64,000 bases of DNA from NCBI GenBank assembly GCA_035559535.1, contig DATMBG010000037.1, positions 1 through 64,000 of the forward strand, given 5' to 3'. The notes beneath the pieces were generated by a model that worked only from the letters and a program-made list of their open reading frames with translations, did not search any database and was not told the origin of the DNA. Below are positions 58,242 through 64,000 of the stretch, in pieces. The translations under genes were made by a program, and so were the position numbers. The stretch comes from Candidatus Limnocylindrales bacterium. GTDB lineage: Bacteria; Moduliflexota; Moduliflexia; Moduliflexales; JAUQPW01. Within the stretch, counting starts at the first letter, position 1; every line of letters starts with the position of its first letter.

Positions 58242-58393
58242 CTTTGTTACCTCCCCACATAATCTAAGGACAGGTTTGTTTTTTAGTTAACATTTCCTGA
58301 CAGGAGTATCCTCATGACCTCCTTAAACAGGTCCCATCCTCATAGTAAACAAACATTACTTTTAATAAAGTTAAACAGGGATCATCGCGCTCC

Positions 58394-58479
58394 CCTTTCC
58401 CCATATGTGCCCGGATAAGGCTTAGCTGGGGGTGTAACCATCTACCTCACCTTCCTTTCCCCTCTCCTGAAGCTTCAGG
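58394..58479. repeat. 86-bp direct repeat, copy 2
   Basis: Ungapped match to 57391..57476. Confidence 0.7.
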
Positions 58480-58544
58480 GATTACCTGGATCCCAACTTC
58501 TCCCTTCTCTCACGGAGAAAAGCAGGAGTAACCGTTCCTACAGA

Positions 58545-59366
58545 CTATTCATTCGAGGTATCTGCACAGGAGATTTCTCGAATGAGATCATCGCCAGGAC
58601 CACAGGTAAAACACTCATCGGTGATCAGGGTGGGTCGAAGGCGTAATTGCTTTGAACCAAAGGGTATGTCGTACTGATGGCATTCCCGCCGTATAAATTC
58701 ATCACATATCTTACCCAGGGTTCCATAAAAGCCATCCGGGTCTTCCCGGCTCAGCAAGTTGGAGAAGGAGGGCACAAAGCGCCCCAGATGGTCCTTTAGA
58801 AACAACTTTTGAGCTTTGCGAGTTTCTACCACTGTAAAGGCGTCTTGCTGTTCCAGGGCATAAGCTTCTTTCCGTGTCAGAAAAGAGAGAAACTCGCATT
58901 CCCCACTGATATGATCTACCCGCTCATGTTGCTCAGAGTTCCATTCTAATCCAAAGGCTTTATAAAATCCGGCAATATCCCCCAGCTCTTGAGGTTGTTG
59001 AAATAAGGTTTCCTCTCCATATTCTGTTTCGTAGGGGGGTACCTTAGGTTGGGCAGTATGTCCAAAGAGGAAATTGTACGAGTTTTTCAACGTTTCCAGA
59101 CTTTGAGCGTCTGTACAGGATCTTAACTTGAGGATGTAGATATGAAGGGGCAGCGTTATCTCGCCCCTTCTTTTGAAGGCAACATCTAATATCCAGGTAA
59201 TTTCGGCCAGATCCGTATTCTGTTCCTCTGCTACCAAACGTTCCAAGGTTTCAGCATTCGGTGAACGAAACCCTAAAGCCAGGGCTTCATAGAGGGCGCT
59301 GCGGCACAAAGCGAGATCAATCTCATCTGACAATTGAAAAGGGTGAAGGTCGGTTTCGGTTTTCAT
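58545..59366 (-). CDS. TorD/DmsD family chaperone of the NXR/NAR cluster
   Basis: PPYETEY, DIAGFYKAFG, ERVDHISGECEFL, FLKDHLG. Confidence 0.9.
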   Translation of the reverse strand: MKTETDLHPFQLSDEIDLALCRSALYEALALGFRSPNAETLERLVAEEQNTDLAEITWILDVAFKRRGEITLPLHIYILKLRSCTDAQSLETLKNSYNFLFGHTAQPKVPPYETEYGEETLFQQPQELGDIAGFYKAFGLEWNSEQHERVDHISGECEFLSFLTRKEAYALEQQDAFTVVETRKAQKLFLKDHLGRFVPSFSNLLSREDPDGFYGTLGKICDEFIRRECHQYDIPFGSKQLRLRPTLITDECFTCGPGDDLIREISCADTSNE

Positions 59367-59474
59367 GGGTCCTCCCTATTTAGTTACAAAAACACCAGGA
59401 TACCGGGGTTTACTAAGAAAAAAAGCCTGGTGGAGCTTTGTACCCCGACATCTTTGTGACTAAAAATTTCAGAA

Positions 59475-60725
59475 TCAAATAGAATTAGCATGTTGGGCAG
59501 GTCGTTCATATACAGGCTCTTCGACGGTTGTACGAAAGAGTTCTTCTCCTTCTTTGCCATAAGCTATAACCGTGTCATTGTAAATGGTGACCGGTTTTCC
59601 ACGTAGAGTTCCTTCAAAGATTTTAGGACCTTCCTCAAACTTGTAGCTGAAAATAATTAAGTTAGATCGTCTAAATAACTGTAACACAGCCAGGAGCTCA
59701 CGATCAGGATTCATATACCGTTCGATAGCTTCATCCACACCGGGTCCAAACATCTGGTATAAATAAGGTCGTGGGACCCATCGGGGCGGAATATAGTAGC
59801 CGTTAGGGGCGGTTCCGAATTGGGGATATAAGGGCAAGGCCACCTTAGCCACATGGACCAGATAGTAAATCGGGTTATAGCGATCTTCTGCCCAGGTCCC
59901 ATCGGGATTCATTTTCACCAGGCCTTGTAAGCGGATCTGACCGATGCAGGCAGCCATACATCGGGTTTCCATGGGTTTACCGTTTGATTCGGGATCATTT
60001 CCTTCGACCCTTGGATAGCAAGCAATACACTTCTCGGAAATTCGGGTGTTACCCCTGTACATAACTTTTTTGTACGGACAGGCTTCTACACACTTACGAT
60101 AGCCACGGCATTCACTCTGATCCACCAATACGATTCCGTCCTCTGGCCGTTTGTAAATGGCATTGCGGGGACAGGCGGCCAGGCATCCCGGGTATGTACA
60201 GTGATTACAGATTCGGGCAAGATAAAAAAACCAGGTTTTATGAACCGGTAGTTGTGCGCCTTCTTTATCCCATTGAAAGGGTTGGCCTTTGGGTCCTTTG
60301 GGATTGTCTTCATAGATATTAGGGGAATTCCACTCATGGTCTTCCGGCAAGTAACCTAAAACCCTGGAGCTTTCGGGGGTAAGTTTCTTTTTGGCAGCTT
60401 CAAAGATGGTTTGACCTTCAAATTGAAAGGTTCCATCTTTTTTCGACCATACTTGACCACCTGGATTGGCTTCCTCCAAAAGTTTGAGAATCTTCATGTC
60501 CCAAAATTGAGGATAGCCTCCGTAAGGTTTGGTCTCCACGTTAGCCCACCACATGTGTTCCTGGCCCTTGCTGAAAGTCCAGGTAGACTTACAAGCCATG
60601 GTACAGCTCTGACAGGCAATGCAACGATTGATATTGAAAACAAAGGCAAACTGCCTTTTGGGAAAGGCCGCTTCATGGGGATATTCCATGTTACGACCTA
60701 ATTGCCAATTATATACTTTAGGCAT
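59475..60725 (-). CDS. nxrB: Nitrite oxidoreductase / nitrate reductase beta subunit, Nitrospira/anammox type
   Basis: VYNWQLGR...QFAFVFNINRC..CQ.C.MACKSTW.FSKGQE.MWW.NVETKPYGGYP; YPQFGT.PNGYYIPPRWVPR. Confidence 0.92.
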   Translation of the reverse strand: MPKVYNWQLGRNMEYPHEAAFPKRQFAFVFNINRCIACQSCTMACKSTWTFSKGQEHMWWANVETKPYGGYPQFWDMKILKLLEEANPGGQVWSKKDGTFQFEGQTIFEAAKKKLTPESSRVLGYLPEDHEWNSPNIYEDNPKGPKGQPFQWDKEGAQLPVHKTWFFYLARICNHCTYPGCLAACPRNAIYKRPEDGIVLVDQSECRGYRKCVEACPYKKVMYRGNTRISEKCIACYPRVEGNDPESNGKPMETRCMAACIGQIRLQGLVKMNPDGTWAEDRYNPIYYLVHVAKVALPLYPQFGTAPNGYYIPPRWVPRPYLYQMFGPGVDEAIERYMNPDRELLAVLQLFRRSNLIIFSYKFEEGPKIFEGTLRGKPVTIYNDTVIAYGKEGEELFRTTVEEPVYERPAQHANSI

Positions 60726-60735
60726 AATTATAAGT

Positions 60736-60828
60736 GAGTATGGGAGTGTGGGGGTATGGGCGTGTGAGAGTATTCAAACACTCCCATACCCCCCTACTCC
60801 CATACTCCTATACTTCCATCCTTCCACC
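60736..60828. repeat. Inverted array of octamer repeats (GGGAGTAT / ATACTCCC)
   Basis: Fills the intergenic gap upstream of nxrB; forms a long hairpin. Confidence 0.7.
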
Positions 60829-60832
60829 CGCC

Positions 60833-61123
60833 TTATTCTTTATTCGTAGCATCCTGATCCCTCCATTTGAGTCGTCCCCAAATCGCAAGGCATTCGTCCA
60901 CGATTTTTTCTATTGTTTCCTCACCTAACTCCAGGTAAGCCCGATGGGCACCTGCATAAAAGGGTCGTTTGAAAATGCGCATCAGATTCTTCTTATCAAA
61001 ACCCAATCGGGCAAATTCCTCGGCAAACACATAAGCCATATCCCAGGTAGCTTTGGGATTGGCTGGTAACTCTACACCTACCAACATGTTGGGATCGGTC
61101 GGATCCGGGTCATTGTAAGGCAT
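60833..61123 (-). CDS. Small conserved-looking protein between nxrA and nxrB
   Basis: MPYNDPDPTDPNMLVGVEL...FAEEFARLG...PFYAGAH; ATG 61123 (the ORF-track extension runs through repeats). Confidence 0.7.
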   Translation of the reverse strand: MPYNDPDPTDPNMLVGVELPANPKATWDMAYVFAEEFARLGFDKKNLMRIFKRPFYAGAHRAYLELGEETIEKIVDECLAIWGRLKWRDQDATNKE

Positions 61124-61127
61124 AAAT

Positions 61128-61200
61128 GGGGGAGTATGGGAGTGTAGGGACGGGAGGCCTCCCGCCCGTACTATGGAAGGCACCTACACTCCCATACCCC
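61128..61200. repeat. Octamer repeats enclosing a GTAG REP palindrome
   Basis: GGGAGTATGGGAGT-GTAGGGACGGGAGGCCTCCCGCCCGTAC-...CACTCCCATACCCC. Confidence 0.65.
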
Positions 61201-64000
61201 TTATTTTTTAATGTTTATTAATTCTCCAGCCAGATACCTCTGCATAAACTCATTCTCATTGTCCGGTGTAAAACCGGTGGTTGCAGGAAACCAGATTCCA
61301 ACTCCACCCATCCCACCATCCTCTGCCTTGGTGATGCGTACCAGGGTCTCTTTGGGAACGGTGTTTAAAGCATGGTTATCCGCTTCGCCGCCGAAGATAA
61401 AACCCATGAAAGTCTTTGCTTTATGAAAGAGGTTATCGGTCTGATGCATGGGCATGTGCCAGTTCCGGGTGATGGATTGCTGAGAGCCGTAGCGCAGATT
61501 GGCCTGATAGCCTGTGTTTTCAGAAAGGGCTCGACCATCCGGTCGAGTTTCATGGGCTTTAACGCTCTTTTCTGTGGCGATGAAAGGAGCGTGTTTCATC
61601 ATCACCACATTATAGGGATAGGCATGGTTGTACTTGACCCTCAACATGCACCGTGAGACGCGATAGAAGAACTCGTTGGGTTTGGCGCCTATGTAAGGTC
61701 GATCAGCCGGATTAGCATCCACATATACATAGTCTCCATCGTTGATACCCAAATCTCGAGCTGCCTGTGGATTGATGTGGAGTTGATGTTCTCCTACGGA
61801 TGGAGCGCGTTTATCCAGCCGATAGGGATCCCCAAAATTGGAATCATAAAGCATGTGCCAATCAACATTAGACCAACTACTGTGAACCCGGTGACGGGTC
61901 TTGGGGGTCAGGCAGTAAAACTGGAATCCCTTTTCCCAGAGGAAGTTTTTGGTCCCTTTAACTCGGCTCCAGGGCATTTTGATGTTACGGATAGTACGGT
62001 CATCCCAGTGCTCATCATCTATAGGAATGCCATAATCATCGGGCCGTATAAACGGATTGGAACTGACAATCACATTGGGCAGATAAGGCGTTGCTTCGGG
62101 TCCTTCACGGTGTACAATGAAGTTCTCTCCATATTCAATGGCTTCTGGAATATCGGAATAAGCATGGAGGCGGCCTGTATCCGTGTAAAAGGGTTCATTA
62201 TCATGGATCTGTTCGTAAAATGGGATGCGTGGATAAGTGCGGAATAACATCAACGCACCTCCCGGAGGGCCATATTTTCCGGCCATGATATCTTCCAGGT
62301 TATACCCTGCTGTGGTGGTCGACGAATCCAGTAACCGCTGGATGTAAACCTTACGTTTACCTTCGTATTCAAATTTAAAATAATCGGTAAACCGGGTATC
62401 CCCTGTTACTTTCGCCAGACTTTTGGCAATTCCTGCGATGATGGTCAGATCGTCTTTGCTATCGAATACCGGTGGGATGCCTCCTTTCCAGATTTGCAAA
62501 AACGGATTAGAGCAACTGGCCGTTATTTCCAGGTCTTCAAACTCCAGCCAGGAGTTAGCCGGTAAAGCCAGATCAGAATACTCGATGGAAGCGGTCATCT
62601 GGATGTCAATGGAGACGATCATCTCTACATTGGGATTGACGTTTTTGAGCATCTCGTAAACCCACTTGGCATTATTAATCAGATTGACGTTGGTAAACAA
62701 CATGGCTTTAGTAGGCGTGGGCATATGGGTTTGGCCCGTGAAATTTTTCCTTCCATACTTGGGAGTTTCTACAATCAGGGCCTTGTCTCCATGATTCCAG
62801 TAAGCCGGCTCTTCATCCTTGGTATAGGCATGGGCTTTAATATCTTTTCCATGGGCATTGGGATCCAGGTTGGGTTCAAAGGGATCTTCGGCTACCCAAC
62901 CTTTAAAACCGGGTCCGGTCCAGGGGGAGCCCTGAAACAGAGCGGCTTTATAATTCCCTGCCCAGGTATGGCAACCCGCTCCGGGTTTTCCTATATTCCC
63001 TGTCAACATAAGAGGCAAATAGGCTGCCCGGTTCATTTCGGTAGCATGGAACCAGTGGTTAATCCCTTCACCCTGATGAATGGCTACCGGCTTGAGGGTT
63101 GCAATGTCTTCGGCCAACTGCTCCACCAGGTTCCGGGGTGCGTGGGTAATCTCACAAACGGTATCAATATCATAGTCTTTGAGATGGATTTGATACAACG
63201 TCCAGAGCGTGGCCACTTCGACCTCTTTACCGTCTATTAACTTAATTTTAAACTCTCCTTCCAGGGCCGGATTGATGCCTTTCTTCTCAAGGGTCTCACC
63301 CACATCGTCCCGGGTGACTGCCCGGGGTTTGTTACCGGTAAGGTCCCACACCACAAAGTCACCCAGCTTTTCATGCTGTTCCTTCGTGAATCCCTGGATC
63401 TTCATGGAAGGTCCTTCCGGGGAAAGATCGCTTTGATAATTGGGAAAGACTTCGTGGGCCCGCAACCGTTTAAGCGTATCCTTACGAATCAGCAGGGGAA
63501 AATCGGTAAACTGTTTAACAAACTTCTCGTCATACTGCTTACGGTCTATCATCAGTTTCGTAACTCCCAACCAGAGCGCTGCATCGGTGGCAGGGCGAAT
63601 GGGAATCCAATAATCTGCTTTGGTAGACGGAGGCCCGTACTCGGGGGCAATCACCACAATTTTGGCCCCTCGTTCCATGCATTCAATAAACCAGTGGGAA
63701 TCGGTCAGCTTGTTCTCCACCAGATTTTTGCCGTCCATGATGATTAACTTCGAGAACCTCAGGTCATTAAAATCGCAGTCCGAAGCTTGAAGGCCATGCA
63801 CCCAGGGTTGACCAGGGGCCTGATCTCCGTGCCAGGTATAATTAGACCAGGTACGTCCGGCAAGGGCTTTATCAGGACCTACGCCGCGAATCTTTGCATC
63901 CAGCAGAGCAAGGGAATTACACAGACGATACATTCCATATTTGCCCATGACCCCCAACAAACCCATACCACCTCGCATTTTGATACAGCGGGTACCGGCT
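61201..64000 (-). CDS. nxrA: Nitrite oxidoreductase / nitrate reductase alpha subunit, Nitrospira/anammox type (5'-truncated by the window)
   Basis: WSNYTWHGDQAPG (Asp ligand), GEGINHWFH, TPKTRHRVHS, RYGSQQSITRNW, NTVPKETLV; frame open to the window end. Confidence 0.92.
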   Translation of the reverse strand, partial: AGTRCIKMRGGMGLLGVMGKYGMYRLCNSLALLDAKIRGVGPDKALAGRTWSNYTWHGDQAPGQPWVHGLQASDCDFNDLRFSKLIIMDGKNLVENKLTDSHWFIECMERGAKIVVIAPEYGPPSTKADYWIPIRPATDAALWLGVTKLMIDRKQYDEKFVKQFTDFPLLIRKDTLKRLRAHEVFPNYQSDLSPEGPSMKIQGFTKEQHEKLGDFVVWDLTGNKPRAVTRDDVGETLEKKGINPALEGEFKIKLIDGKEVEVATLWTLYQIHLKDYDIDTVCEITHAPRNLVEQLAEDIATLKPVAIHQGEGINHWFHATEMNRAAYLPLMLTGNIGKPGAGCHTWAGNYKAALFQGSPWTGPGFKGWVAEDPFEPNLDPNAHGKDIKAHAYTKDEEPAYWNHGDKALIVETPKYGRKNFTGQTHMPTPTKAMLFTNVNLINNAKWVYEMLKNVNPNVEMIVSIDIQMTASIEYSDLALPANSWLEFEDLEITASCSNPFLQIWKGGIPPVFDSKDDLTIIAGIAKSLAKVTGDTRFTDYFKFEYEGKRKVYIQRLLDSSTTTAGYNLEDIMAGKYGPPGGALMLFRTYPRIPFYEQIHDNEPFYTDTGRLHAYSDIPEAIEYGENFIVHREGPEATPYLPNVIVSSNPFIRPDDYGIPIDDEHWDDRTIRNIKMPWSRVKGTKNFLWEKGFQFYCLTPKTRHRVHSSWSNVDWHMLYDSNFGDPYRLDKRAPSVGEHQLHINPQAARDLGINDGDYVYVDANPADRPYIGAKPNEFFYRVSRCMLRVKYNHAYPYNVVMMKHAPFIATEKSVKAHETRPDGRALSENTGYQANLRYGSQQSITRNWHMPMHQTDNLFHKAKTFMGFIFGGEADNHALNTVPKETLVRITKAEDGGMGGVGIWFPATTGFTPDNENEFMQRYLAGELINIKK

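Noticed and set aside
60736-61200. Short repeats considered as a CRISPR array
   Set aside because: They are octamer units without unique spacers, and no cas genes are present.
503-63747. Numerous 60-220 aa ORFs antisense or frame-shifted within the called genes (e.g. 30621..31181, 39562..40218, 43798..44388, 62725..63240)
   Set aside because: They are shadow ORFs overlapping well-supported genes and have no recognisable motifs.

Overview
A gene-dense bacterial (diderm: TonB system, porin, lipoproteins) region devoted to anaerobic or micro-oxic energy metabolism. From right to left it holds: a periplasmic Nitrospira/anammox-type nitrite oxidoreductase / nitrate reductase cluster (nxrA cut by the window edge, small ORF, nxrB, TorD chaperone, hemerythrin, hypothetical); a clade II nitrous oxide reductase operon (cyt c-nosZ-B-D-F-L-Y); an orphan RACo corrinoid activator preceded by a probable corrinoid-protein remnant; an amidohydrolase-cytochrome c-PCP_red operon; a Tat-exported ArrA/ArxA-related molybdoenzyme operon (A-B-NrfD-TorD-polyferredoxin-porin-PFOR-CMD); a PqqU-like receptor, PQQ dehydrogenase and ExbBD-TonB; a radical SAM gene; a PAS kinase and sigma54 activator followed by hemerythrins, nirK and an NnrS-like protein; pdhABC with a split ADP-forming acetyl-CoA synthetase; and a few accessory genes. 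The clearest non-coding signal is shared regulation: ten sigma54 -24/-12 promoters, and seven pairs of 17-bp TGTC/TGTA-N9-GACA boxes, each pair 57-58 bp apart, serving eight of these promoters. This suggests one island-wide regulon, probably driven by the encoded NtrC-family activator. Many REP/MITE-like palindromes are present. No rRNA, tRNA, CRISPR array or transposase was seen. All family assignments come from motif recognition by eye, not database searches.
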